From an uncultured Oscillospiraceae bacterium (lineage in GTDB: Bacteria > Bacillota > Clostridia > Christensenellales > CAG-314): a DNA stretch of 64,000 bases. The position numbers were made by a program, and so were the translations under genes. The notes below the pieces were generated by a model. It saw only the letters and a list, made by a program, of their open reading frames with translations. It made no database searches and was not told where the DNA came from. Every line of letters starts with the position of its first letter. The first letter of the stretch is position 1. Of this stretch, positions 48,004-57,733 are shown piece after piece. The DNA lies in NCBI GenBank assembly GCA_964521735.1, contig CAZFTO010000002.1, positions 56,710 to 120,709 of the forward strand. The letters run 5' to 3'.

Positions 48004-48887
48004 CTTGCACCTCCTACCGCTTCCATAAAGAAATCTTCCAAGTTTTCACCAAGCGACACGATGTTTGTTGCAACAACGCCCTTTTGAGCCAACAGCAACA
48101 GCACTTGAGTGGGCTGAATTTCGCCAAACAAATCAATTGTGTTTTCGTCAACAACCGTCGTTTTGCCGAGTGAGGAAAGCACTTCTTTTGCACGCTCGGC
48201 GTTGTCAACGCTCACCCTAAGGCGTTTTGCGCTAAGGCCAAGTTCTTCCGCCGTGGCGTGCTTAACAATTCTGCCGTTGTGCATAACCAAAAATTCCGTG
48301 GCAAACTTTTGCAATTCCGCAAGAATATGGCTAGAAATAAGAAGCGTAACGCCCATTTCTTTGTTTAGCGAAACAAACAGTTCGCGCAGTTGCCTTATTC
48401 CTTCTGGATCAAGCCCGTTTGTTGGTTCGTCCAAAATAAGCAATTCGGGTTTACCCACAATAGCCATGGCAATGGCCAAGCGCTGCCTCATTCCGTACGA
48501 AAAGTTTTTCACCTTTTGTTTAGTGCTGCACAAACCAACAATATCCAGCGTTTTTGTAAGATAGTTTTCGTCTTCTTCCAGGCCCAGCAATTTGCACTGA
48601 GCACGCAAATTTTCCATGGCCGTCATTCCGTTGTAGAGAGACGGTTTTTCTATCAGCGCGGCAACGGACGTGTCGCGTCGCGTTTGTCCTGGCAGCACGC
48701 TATACGTGCCCGAAGTTGGCACTGCAAGTCCTGTCAACAACCGGATAAGTGTTGTTTTGCCTGCGCCGTTTTTGCCAACCAAACCAACAATTGCGCCTTT
48801 TTGTATCGTCAACGAAACGTTGTCGACGGCATTAAGCGTGCCGTAGCGTTTGGTTAAATTTTCGGCACTAACCAAAATTTCAGACAT
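48000..48887 (-). CDS. ABC exporter ATP-binding protein (ABC-2/DrrA-like)
   Basis: Walker A GKNGAGKTT, signature SYGMRQRLAIA, Walker B LILDEPTNGLD. GGGGAGGA SD before ATG 48887. Confidence 0.9.
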   Translation of the reverse strand: MSEILVSAENLTKRYGTLNAVDNVSLTIQKGAIVGLVGKNGAGKTTLIRLLTGLAVPTSGTYSVLPGQTRRDTSVAALIEKPSLYNGMTAMENLRAQCKLLGLEEDENYLTKTLDIVGLCSTKQKVKNFSYGMRQRLAIAMAIVGKPELLILDEPTNGLDPEGIRQLRELFVSLNKEMGVTLLISSHILAELQKFATEFLVMHNGRIVKHATAEELGLSAKRLRVSVDNAERAKEVLSSLGKTTVVDENTIDLFGEIQPTQVLLLLAQKGVVATNIVSLGENLEDFFMEAVGGAR

Positions 48888-49057
48888 CTGTATCCTCCCC
48901 AATATTTGCATCGGCAAATTTTGCATTCGCACACTTTGCGCTAGCACTAATTGTCAAGCATTATACCACACTCAAAACACACTGACAATATTTTTTTGCA
49001 AACAATGGTGTTGACTGTTTTTCGTTGCTATGCTAAACTGCTTGCAAAAGGTGAAAT

Positions 49058-50140
49058 ATGAAGCTATATAAAAACGGAAGTTGCCTTGTTGGCAACAAAA
49101 TTATCAAAAGAGATATCGTTGCCAATCGTGGCAAAATCATCGAAATTGCCGAAGATATCGTTGCCGACGAGCAAACGGAAGTTTTCGATTGCACCGGCAA
49201 ATATCTGTTGCCCGCTTTGGTGGATATTCACACGCACGGCGCCAACGGCTACGATTTTAACACGGCCGATTTGGACGGCATGAAAAAGATTTTGGATTTC
49301 TACGTTGCTCACGGCGTTGGCACTGTTTTTCCCACCGTCATGACGGATAGCGACCAGACTATTTGCCGCCAAGTTGCGCTCATTTGCGAATTGGCCAAGG
49401 ACTATCCCGAAGTTAAAGGCATTCACCTAGAAGGGCCGTTTGTAAGTGACCAGTTTGGCGGAGCTATGCCTAGGGCGTTTTTGCAAAAGCCGTCGGTGGA
49501 TAAGTTTATGCAATATCAAAAGGCGGCCAACGGGTTCATAAAAATTGTAACCGTCGCGCCCGAATTGCCCGATGCAATTGCCTTTATTTCGGAAGTTTCC
49601 GATATGGGCGTGGTTGTGTCGTTGGGACACAGCGGCGCAAACGCGCAAATTGTGCAGCAGGCGTTGGAAGCTGGCGCAAAAAGTTTCACCCACTGGGGCA
49701 ACGCTATGGCGCAACTGGATAGGCACGACCTTAACGTCAGCGGCAGCGCAATGGCAAGCAACGCTTTTTGCGAAGTTATTTGCGATGGCAAACACGTTCA
49801 AAAGGACGTTGTTAAATTGCTTGTGCAAACAAAAGGCATAAACAAAGTTATTGGCATAACGGATAGTATCATGGCGGCAGGTTTGCCGGATGGCACCTAT
49901 TCGTTGGCAGGTCAAACGGTGCAGGTCGCTAGTGGTGATGCACGCTTGCCAAGTGGCGTTCGCGCAGGAAGCACCCTGGATGCCTACACCGGACTGGCAA
50001 ATTTGGTAACATTCACAGGCTTGCCACTTTCCGAAGCCATAAAGGCGTGGACCGTTAACCCGGCAAAACTTGTGGGGCTAGAATCTCGCATCGGCACTAT
50101 CGAAGTGGGCAAAGATGCCGATTTTATCATTTTTGGCTAG
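49058..50140 (+). CDS. nagA: N-acetylglucosamine-6-phosphate deacetylase
   Basis: LVDIHTHG, HLEGPF and SLGHS motifs of the NagA amidohydrolase family. Confidence 0.85.
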   Translation: MKLYKNGSCLVGNKIIKRDIVANRGKIIEIAEDIVADEQTEVFDCTGKYLLPALVDIHTHGANGYDFNTADLDGMKKILDFYVAHGVGTVFPTVMTDSDQTICRQVALICELAKDYPEVKGIHLEGPFVSDQFGGAMPRAFLQKPSVDKFMQYQKAANGFIKIVTVAPELPDAIAFISEVSDMGVVVSLGHSGANAQIVQQALEAGAKSFTHWGNAMAQLDRHDLNVSGSAMASNAFCEVICDGKHVQKDVVKLLVQTKGINKVIGITDSIMAAGLPDGTYSLAGQTVQVASGDARLPSGVRAGSTLDAYTGLANLVTFTGLPLSEAIKAWTVNPAKLVGLESRIGTIEVGKDADFIIFG

Positions 50141-50252
50141 AAAAATTCCACAAAACGTCACCATATTTTTAGCAAAAAGCTATTGCAACGGCAACAGATT
50201 TATAGTATAATGTTTGCAAGAGATGTTATAAAACAAAAAAAGGAGGTCTCTG

Positions 50253-51440
50253 ATGAAAAAGATTTTATGTTTGGTACTAACGTTGTGTTTGCTGGCCAGC
50301 ACACTTGCCTTTGTGGCTTGCGACGGTGGCAACAACGATCCCGCAACGGTTATGACCGTCAGCCTTAACCCCGAAGTGGAATTCGTTTTGGATGGCAACG
50401 GCAAAGTTATCACCGTTAACGCTTTGAACGAAGAAGGCAACCTTGTTATCAGCGCTCAAGGTTTTGCAAACATCGAAGGCAAAACAGCCGAAGAAGCTGC
50501 ACAATTGTTTGTTTCTATTTCCGCGGAAACTGGCTTCCTTGTGAGGGGCTCGCTCAAAACGGAAAACAACAACATTGAAATTGCCATTTCCGGCGACAAG
50601 GCCGCAGCCGACAAATTGTTCGACGACGTGAAAACAAGCGTAAACAACTATTTGGATCAAGTTGGCCTTACTGCAACGCTAGAACAAGCCGAAGCAATCA
50701 CTAAGGAACAATTGGAAAAATTGGTGGCAGAATGTGCCCCCTATTTGGAAGAAGCAGAAATAAAGGCAATGGAATACGAGCAATTGGTTGCCGAAATTGC
50801 CCAATCCAGAAAGGAAACTGCCGAATACTATTCTCAAGAACTCAAAAACGCCTACTACCAAGCAAAAGCACATGCTTTGGATAAGGCAAAATTCGACGTT
50901 CTAAGAGAAAAGCTTGATAATCTCAGTTTGACGTTTTTTAATATGTTGAACAGTGGTTACGAAACCGCAGCAAAACTCTTGGAAACAGCGCGCTACGAGG
51001 CTTTCGTTAAGGAAGATTCCGTTTATCAAAAAGCACTTGCAGCTGTTCGCACTGCAAAAACCAACTATTTGCTAAAACTCAACGAAATTTCCGAATCGGA
51101 ATATGCTAACGGCATTCCCGAAGCTGTTCAAGCACAACTTGACGGTTTGAAAGCTACTTTGGATACTGCCGAACAAGCACTTGTAAAAGCAGGCGAAACG
51201 GCGTTGTCGATGCTCGATGAAGCACAAAAAACGTTGGATGACGTGCACAGCCAAGTAGTGCAAGCACTTGCCAACATCAACGTTGACGAACTTGTTGACA
51301 AAATTGCAGAAGAGCAAACAACTGCAGCAAGCGAATTCTTCACCGCTTTCGAAACGCAATATGCTTCTGCAAAAGAAGGTGCAAAAACTGCTTGGAACAA
51401 CATGGAATCTGCTTTGAGAGAAGGCTCAATCAGACAATAA
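50253..51440 (+). CDS. Hypothetical lipoprotein: small beta-rich N-terminal domain plus long alpha-helical region
   Basis: AAGGAGG SD and lipobox LAFVAC. The N-terminal segment is SLNPEVEFVLDGNGKVITVNALNEEGNLVI. The remaining 260 aa or so are rich in A/E/K/L. Confidence 0.7.
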   Translation: MKKILCLVLTLCLLASTLAFVACDGGNNDPATVMTVSLNPEVEFVLDGNGKVITVNALNEEGNLVISAQGFANIEGKTAEEAAQLFVSISAETGFLVRGSLKTENNNIEIAISGDKAAADKLFDDVKTSVNNYLDQVGLTATLEQAEAITKEQLEKLVAECAPYLEEAEIKAMEYEQLVAEIAQSRKETAEYYSQELKNAYYQAKAHALDKAKFDVLREKLDNLSLTFFNMLNSGYETAAKLLETARYEAFVKEDSVYQKALAAVRTAKTNYLLKLNEISESEYANGIPEAVQAQLDGLKATLDTAEQALVKAGETALSMLDEAQKTLDDVHSQVVQALANINVDELVDKIAEEQTTAASEFFTAFETQYASAKEGAKTAWNNMESALREGSIRQ

Positions 51441-51486
51441 TTGCACAAACCAGTTGTTTAATAGCATCGCAAACAACTATCAAAAT

Positions 51487-51520
51487 GTCGCCGCAGCAAG
51501 ATTGTTGCGGCGGCTTTTTT
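51487..51520 (+). terminator. Rho-independent terminator after the lipoprotein gene
   Basis: GTCGCCGCAGCAA / TTGTTGCGGCGGC hairpin followed by TTTTTT. Confidence 0.7.
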
Positions 51521-51869
51521 GTTGCATTGCACCAAAAATTGACAAGTGAACGCGTGGCAAATTTCCAACAAAAGGCTAAGTCAACCATCCAAAAGGTATT
51601 CCGGCAAGCAAGCTCACCTAGCTGTTTTCCCGGCGATTTGTTGTGGCCTTTCCATGGCAAATGCTTGCATGCGGCGCATTTTTCAACAGCTTGGCAAAAC
51701 GTTTGTTTTGCCAAGCATTTTGTTGCATCACCGCATGCGACAGTCAAATTAAAAGCGCAAACGCCACGGGTTTTGTGCCTTTAAAGCAACGTGACAAAAT
51801 TTTGCGCAGATATTTTTTGTTTTTAGTCAATATGCGCAAAAACTTTTTTTGCAACCGGCAAAATTCAGT

Positions 51870-51897
51870 TTGCTTAAAGAGAAAAAAGGTATATAAT
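51870..51897 (+). promoter_or_regulatory. Candidate sigma-A promoter of the second ABC exporter pair
   Basis: TTGCTT, 16 nt, TATAAT, about 90 nt upstream of ATG 51990. The leader contains a GGGAG...CTCCC hairpin. Confidence 0.45.
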
Positions 51898-51989
51898 ATA
51901 CATAACTGTACATTTTGGGAGTTTTTGTTTTTCGCAATACGAAAGCCCTCCCAAACATTCAATTCGATTCTAATTTTTTAAGGTGAAAT

Positions 51990-53855
51990 ATGATCAAAAA
52001 ACTATTAAAAGGAACAAAGGGCTACGAAAAGCAGTCGATATTCACCGTCGTTTGCGTAATGGTAGAAACAGCCTTAGAAGTGTTTTTGCCATTGCTGATG
52101 TCCAACATTTTGAACGTTATGCAACTGTTCGCCGCCACCGTTGCAGATAGTGGCAAACTCACCGCCAACCTAATCTACTTCGATTTTGGTGCATTGCAGT
52201 TGGTAACGGTGCAAAAAGGCACGCTGATAATGGGCAATTCGGATATTTTGCTAAACACGGTGTTTACATACGGAATATTGATGATTATAAGTTCAATTTT
52301 GTCGCTAACCTTCGGCATTTTGGCCGGTCGTTTGTGCGCAATTGCCGGATCAGGATTTTCCAAAAACATGCGTGGCTATTTGTTCGACAAAATTCAAGAC
52401 TTTTCCTTCGCCAACGTGGATAAATTTTCCACCGCAAGCTTGGTTACCCGTTGCACAACCGACGTAAACAACGCTCAACAAAGCTTCATGATGATTATCC
52501 GCACCGTTGTGCGTGCGCCGTCAATGCTAATTTTCTCTTGCATAATGGCGTTTATCAACCAGCCGGATATGGCGTGGGTTTTTTTGGCGGCAATTCCCTT
52601 GCTAGGTTTAGTGATGTTTTTGCTTTCCACAAAAGTTTTCCCGCTGTTCCGTGCAATGCTAAAACGCTACGACAAAATGAACGCCGACGTGCAAGAAAAC
52701 TTGGTTGGAATTCGTGTTGTCAAGGCATTTGTGCGTGAAGAATACGAAGAAGAAAAATATCGCAAATCCACCGAAGATGTGCGCAAATCGCAACTAAAAG
52801 CAGAAAAAATCATGGTGCTGATGAACCCGGCAACATCCATGATTATGTACGGCACAATGATAATGCTTATGGTTATTGGCGGTTTAGATCTTGCAGCCGG
52901 CCAAATTCAATCGGGCACAATCACCGCAATGATGAGCTACGGCACTTCCATTTTGGGCTCGGTAATGATGATTTGCTTCATTGCAGTGCAGTTGGTAATG
53001 TCGCGCGCATCCATCGACAGAATCTACGAAGTTTTGGACGAACAACCCACCGTTACGGATGGCGCTAGCGACAAAACGGTGCAAAGCGGCGCAATCAAGT
53101 TCGATCACGTAAACTTTTCCTATTCCAACAACGCACAAAACCTCACTTTGGAAGACATCAATTTGGAAATTGCTCCTGGCGAAACGGTTGGTATAATTGG
53201 TGGCACGGGGGATGGCAAAAGCAGTTTCGTGCAACTTATCCCTCGTTTCTACGACGCACTGGACGGCACCGTCTACGTGGATGGTGAAGACGTTCGCAAC
53301 TATTCTTTGTTCAACTTGCGCGAAGGCGTTTCCATGGTGTTGCAAAAAAACGTGTTGTTTTCTGGCACGATAGAAGAAAACTTGCGTTGGGGCAACAAGA
53401 ACGCCACCCAAGAAGAAATTGAATCAGCCTGCAAAGCGGCTTGCGCTCACGATTTCATCATGTCCTTCCCTGCGGGCTATCAAACCGATTTGGGGCAAGG
53501 CGGCGTGAACGTTTCCGGCGGACAAAAACAACGTTTGTGTATTGCTCGTGCATTGCTCAAAAAACCCAAAATAATGATTTTGGACGATTCTACCAGCGCA
53601 GTTGATACGGCGACGGATGCTCAAATTCGCGCCGGCTTGAAAAAGCTAGATAAAGATATGACCACCATCATAATTGCGCAACGCATTTCCTCCGTGGAAG
53701 GTTGCGACAAAATAGTGGTGCTAGACGACGGCAAAATAAACGCCGTTGGCAATCACAAACAACTTATGGAAAGCTGTTCCATCTATCAGGAAGTGTACCA
53801 TTCGCAACAAAAGGGTACAGTGGAAGGAGGTGACGAAAATGCCCCCGAGAGGTAG
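51990..53855 (+). CDS. ABC exporter, fused permease/ATPase, degenerate-site subunit (heterodimer partner A)
   Basis: Walker A GGTGDGKSS, signature VSGGQKQR, Walker B MILDDSTS (catalytic Glu replaced). There is an extra segment of about 45 aa between TM1 and TM2. Confidence 0.9.
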   Translation: MIKKLLKGTKGYEKQSIFTVVCVMVETALEVFLPLLMSNILNVMQLFAATVADSGKLTANLIYFDFGALQLVTVQKGTLIMGNSDILLNTVFTYGILMIISSILSLTFGILAGRLCAIAGSGFSKNMRGYLFDKIQDFSFANVDKFSTASLVTRCTTDVNNAQQSFMMIIRTVVRAPSMLIFSCIMAFINQPDMAWVFLAAIPLLGLVMFLLSTKVFPLFRAMLKRYDKMNADVQENLVGIRVVKAFVREEYEEEKYRKSTEDVRKSQLKAEKIMVLMNPATSMIMYGTMIMLMVIGGLDLAAGQIQSGTITAMMSYGTSILGSVMMICFIAVQLVMSRASIDRIYEVLDEQPTVTDGASDKTVQSGAIKFDHVNFSYSNNAQNLTLEDINLEIAPGETVGIIGGTGDGKSSFVQLIPRFYDALDGTVYVDGEDVRNYSLFNLREGVSMVLQKNVLFSGTIEENLRWGNKNATQEEIESACKAACAHDFIMSFPAGYQTDLGQGGVNVSGGQKQRLCIARALLKKPKIMILDDSTSAVDTATDAQIRAGLKKLDKDMTTIIIAQRISSVEGCDKIVVLDDGKINAVGNHKQLMESCSIYQEVYHSQQKGTVEGGDENAPER

Positions 53856-55791
53856 ACACATGGGCGCGCCGAAGCCGGAAAATTTGTTCGGCACAATCAA
53901 AAGACTTATAGGTTACCTAAGCCCGTATAAGGGAAGAATGATCGTGGTGTTTTTGTGCATCGCATTGCAATCGGTAAGCAACATTTTTGCAACGTCGTTG
54001 CTTTCCCCGTTGCTTACGGGACTTGCCGTAACCGAACCGCTTGGCGGCGTTGCCGACCGAATCAGCATCACCGGCGTTGCCGCGCTAGATAGCCTTGCCT
54101 ACACCGACAAAACTGCATATCTTGCGGCAATGGTTTCGATAATGGCGGCAATCTACGTTATTTCGCTAGTTTGCAACTACACACTAAACCGCATTTTGGT
54201 TGGTATTTCCACCAGCACAATGACGCGTTTGCGCAACGAATTGTTCTCGCACATGCAACGTTTGCCCATTCGCGTGTTCGACACAAACACGCACGGCGAA
54301 CTTATGTCTCGCTACACCAACGACGTGGACACAATGAACGAATTTATCGCTCGTTGCATTCCGCAACTGGTTAGCAGTTGTCTTTCCATTATTTGCGTGT
54401 TCGTGATGATGTTCATTCTCAACTGGGCGTTGACGCTTGTTATGATAGGAATGTTGCTTATCATGGGCGTGGTGGTAAAGGTTTTGGGTGGAAAATCTCG
54501 CAAGAACTTCGTTGCTCAACAAGCAGCAGTGGGCAAACTTAACGGCTACGTGGAAGAACTGACGGAAGGCCAAAAGGTTGTTAAGGCTTTCAACCACGAA
54601 GAAATTGCCAAGACAGAGTTTGAAGAAATCAACTCTCACTTGCAAAAAGTTGCCACTAACGCCAACAGCTATGCCAACATTATGGGTCCCATAATGAACA
54701 ACCTTTCCCACTTTTTCTATGCAGGGATAGCCATTGTGGGCGCAGTTTTGGCAATTGGTTCCGATCAGCCTCTTGGCATGGTGGGTGTTGTTGCAGCATT
54801 CTTGCTGTATATCCGCAACGTAACCAACCCCATTCAACAAATTTCTCAACAAATAAACCTTGTGTTCGTTGCCGTTGCAGGTGGCGAACGTGTGTTCAAA
54901 CTTATGGATACACCTGTGGAAGTTGACGATGGCTACGTTACCCTTGTTTATGCAAACAAAGACGAAAACGGCAACATCACCGAAAGCCCCGTTCGCACAG
55001 GCACGTGGGCGTGGAAGCATCCTCACCAAGAAGCAGGCAACGTAACCTACACCGAACTTAAAGGCGACGTTCGTTTCGAAGACGTAACCTTCGGCTATGA
55101 AGAAAACAAAACGGTTTTGCACGACGTCACTCTTTATGCAAAACCGGGACAAAAAATTGCGTTCGTTGGTTCCACCGGCGCAGGCAAAACCACAATCACC
55201 AACCTTATCAACAGGTTCTACGACGTGCCGGATGGCAAAATTCGCTACGACGGCATCAACGTCAACAAAATCAAAAAGGCCGATTTGCGCCGATCGCTAG
55301 GCATGGTTTTGCAAGATACGCACCTGTTCACAGGAACGGTGTTGGATAATATTCGCTACGGCCGGCTAGATGCCACCGACGAAGAGTGCATTGCTGCGGC
55401 AAAATCGGCAAACGCTCACCAGTTCATCAAACACTTGCCCGAAGGCTACAACACGATGCTAACGCGCGACGGCGAAAACCTTTCGCAAGGTCAACGCCAG
55501 CTTATTGCAATTGCTCGCGCCGCCGTTGCCGATCCTCCCGTGCTAATTTTGGACGAAGCAACAAGCAGCATCGATACCCGCACGGAATGGCTAATCGAAA
55601 AGGGAATGGATGCACTTATGGAAGGTCGCACAACTTTCGTTATTGCGCACCGTCTTTCCACTGTTCGCAACAGCAACGCCATCATGGTGTTGGAACAAGG
55701 CCAAATTATCGAGCGTGGCAGCCACGACGACTTGATCGAACAAAAAGGCAAATATTATCAATTGTATACCGGCATGTTCGAGCTTAGCTAA
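53839..55791 (+). CDS. ABC exporter, fused permease/ATPase, consensus Walker B subunit (heterodimer partner B)
   Basis: Walker A GSTGAGKTT, Walker B LILDEATS, deviant signature LSQGQRQ. GGAGGTGA SD. The start overlaps the upstream gene by 17 nt. Confidence 0.9.
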   Translation: MPPRGRHMGAPKPENLFGTIKRLIGYLSPYKGRMIVVFLCIALQSVSNIFATSLLSPLLTGLAVTEPLGGVADRISITGVAALDSLAYTDKTAYLAAMVSIMAAIYVISLVCNYTLNRILVGISTSTMTRLRNELFSHMQRLPIRVFDTNTHGELMSRYTNDVDTMNEFIARCIPQLVSSCLSIICVFVMMFILNWALTLVMIGMLLIMGVVVKVLGGKSRKNFVAQQAAVGKLNGYVEELTEGQKVVKAFNHEEIAKTEFEEINSHLQKVATNANSYANIMGPIMNNLSHFFYAGIAIVGAVLAIGSDQPLGMVGVVAAFLLYIRNVTNPIQQISQQINLVFVAVAGGERVFKLMDTPVEVDDGYVTLVYANKDENGNITESPVRTGTWAWKHPHQEAGNVTYTELKGDVRFEDVTFGYEENKTVLHDVTLYAKPGQKIAFVGSTGAGKTTITNLINRFYDVPDGKIRYDGINVNKIKKADLRRSLGMVLQDTHLFTGTVLDNIRYGRLDATDEECIAAAKSANAHQFIKHLPEGYNTMLTRDGENLSQGQRQLIAIARAAVADPPVLILDEATSSIDTRTEWLIEKGMDALMEGRTTFVIAHRLSTVRNSNAIMVLEQGQIIERGSHDDLIEQKGKYYQLYTGMFELS

Positions 55792-55807
55792 GCAAAGCAA
55801 TTTTCAA

Positions 55808-55838
55808 AAAGGAAGTTCACAAACGAACTTCCTTTTTT
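55808..55838 (+). terminator. Rho-independent terminator after the ABC exporter pair
   Basis: AAAGGAAGTTC-ACAAAC-GAACTTCCTTT perfect stem followed by a T-run. Confidence 0.8.
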
Positions 55839-55959
55839 GTTTGCCGCGAAAAAAGGGTGGTGAATTTTTGCGCAGTTTTTGTTCAAATTTGGTTTCAACT
55901 ATTTACCTTTTGGCAATTTTGCGGTACAATGTGTGTATTCTACTTTTCTAGGAGCAACA

Positions 55960-56637
55960 ATGTTCAATTTTTTGGTTGTCGAAGACGACGTTAACACTCG
56001 CAAATTGATTTCGGCCGTGCTAAAAGAAAACGGCTACGACACTTTGCTTGCCGCAAACGGCGTGGAAGCGTTGGAAATTTTGGAAAACAACCACGTCGAC
56101 TTGATGATAATAGACGTGATGATGCCCAAAATGGATGGCTACGAACTAACTCGCACTTTGCGTGATAGCGGTAGTCAAATTCCCATGCTAATGCTTTCGG
56201 CCAAACAAAAAACCGAAGACATAAAACAAGGTTTTATCGTGGGCATAGACGACTACATGACAAAACCTTTCGACAACGAAGAACTTATTTTGCGCATACG
56301 TGCGCTGTTGCGCCGTTCTAAAATTGCATCGGAACACAAATTGCAAGTGGGGCGCGTCGTGCTGGACTACAATTCCCATTCGGTAACAACGTCTGCCGGC
56401 ACCGAAACGTTGCCACAAAAGGAATTTTTGCTGCTGTTCAAATTGCTTTCTTATCCCAACGTGGTGTTCACTCGGTTGCAGCTTATGGATGAAATTTGGG
56501 GCATGGATGCCGAAAGCGACGAACACACCGTCAACGTGCACGTAAACCGCTTGCGCACCCGTTTTGCCGATATAAGCGATTTCGAAATTGTTACTATTCG
56601 TGGCCTGGGCTACAAGGCGGTGCGAAATGAAGCATAG
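55960..56637 (+). CDS. OmpR-family response regulator
   Basis: Receiver domain (VVEDD, DLMIIDVMMPKMDG, SAK) plus a winged-helix domain (VNVHVNRLR, RGLGYK). AGGAG SD. Confidence 0.9.
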   Translation: MFNFLVVEDDVNTRKLISAVLKENGYDTLLAANGVEALEILENNHVDLMIIDVMMPKMDGYELTRTLRDSGSQIPMLMLSAKQKTEDIKQGFIVGIDDYMTKPFDNEELILRIRALLRRSKIASEHKLQVGRVVLDYNSHSVTTSAGTETLPQKEFLLLFKLLSYPNVVFTRLQLMDEIWGMDAESDEHTVNVHVNRLRTRFADISDFEIVTIRGLGYKAVRNEA

Positions 56638-57733
56638 ATCCGTCGAAAAGAAAAATAACGTCAATATTTTCAACCGAATGACGCTTATAATGATTTTGGG
56701 CTTGTTTGTTTTGCTTGTATGCACAATGACGCTAACAACAGTGCTATCGGCGCTTATTGCCCGCTATTGGGTGGAGGCAAAAGACAACCTGTTTGTGTTT
56801 GCGCTTATCATTTTGGCACTGAGCGTGGTTATTGGCATTTGTTTTTCACTTGCCTATTCGGCAATAATGGTGCACACGTCAAAACCCTACCTTAACGCAT
56901 TGCAACGCATTTCCGAATGTGATTTTGATATTCGCATTAAGGATGGCCCACTTATGAGCGGTTTGCATATTGCCGAAAACTTCAACGAAATGGCCAAAAA
57001 ACTAGCCAGTGTAGAAACCTTGCGCGAAGATTTTGTCTCTAACTTTTCGCACGAATTCAAAACGCCTATAGTTTCCATTTCCGGCTTTGCAAAACTGCTG
57101 AAAAATTCCAACCTCACCGAGGAAGAACGCAACGAATATTTGGAAGTTATCATTGACGAATCAAACCGTTTGGTGCACCTATCCGAAAGCGTGCTTACGC
57201 TAACAAGGCTAGATTCCGCCACCATCGTTAACGAAAAATTTTTGTTGGACGAACAAATTCGCCAAAGCATGTTACTGTTTTCTTCCGCTTGCGAGGCAAA
57301 AAACGTGGAACTCGTTGCCGATTTGGATAGTATCACGGTGGAAAACGACAAAAAAATTGTCAATCAAATTTGGGTCAATTTGCTATCCAACGCAGTTAAA
57401 TTCACGCCGCAGGGCGGCAGCATTTCCGTAACGGCTAGTTCAGTGGAAAATAGCGCAGTCGTCACCATTACCGATACCGGTTGCGGCATGGACGAAGAAA
57501 CGCTAGAAAACGTTTTCAACAAATTTTTCCAGGGAGACAGGTCTCACGCAACCGAAGGCAACGGTTTGGGGCTTGCCATTGTCAAAAAGATTTGCGACTT
57601 GCTGCAAATAGATATTTCCGTGCAAAGCAAAATTGGGCAAGGCAGCACTTTCACGGTAAAGATGAATTGCCGCCCTTCAATTAAAAGCAACACAACTATC
57701 ACCAATGCAGGAACAAAAAATGAAAGAAACTAG
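56627..57733 (+). CDS. Sensor histidine kinase (two TM, HisKA + HATPase_c)
   Basis: H-box SHEFKTPI, N-box LLSNAVKFTP, G1 DTGCGM, G2 GNGLGLAIV. The start overlaps the regulator stop by 11 nt. Confidence 0.9.
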   Translation: MKHRSVEKKNNVNIFNRMTLIMILGLFVLLVCTMTLTTVLSALIARYWVEAKDNLFVFALIILALSVVIGICFSLAYSAIMVHTSKPYLNALQRISECDFDIRIKDGPLMSGLHIAENFNEMAKKLASVETLREDFVSNFSHEFKTPIVSISGFAKLLKNSNLTEEERNEYLEVIIDESNRLVHLSESVLTLTRLDSATIVNEKFLLDEQIRQSMLLFSSACEAKNVELVADLDSITVENDKKIVNQIWVNLLSNAVKFTPQGGSISVTASSVENSAVVTITDTGCGMDEETLENVFNKFFQGDRSHATEGNGLGLAIVKKICDLLQIDISVQSKIGQGSTFTVKMNCRPSIKSNTTITNAGTKNERN

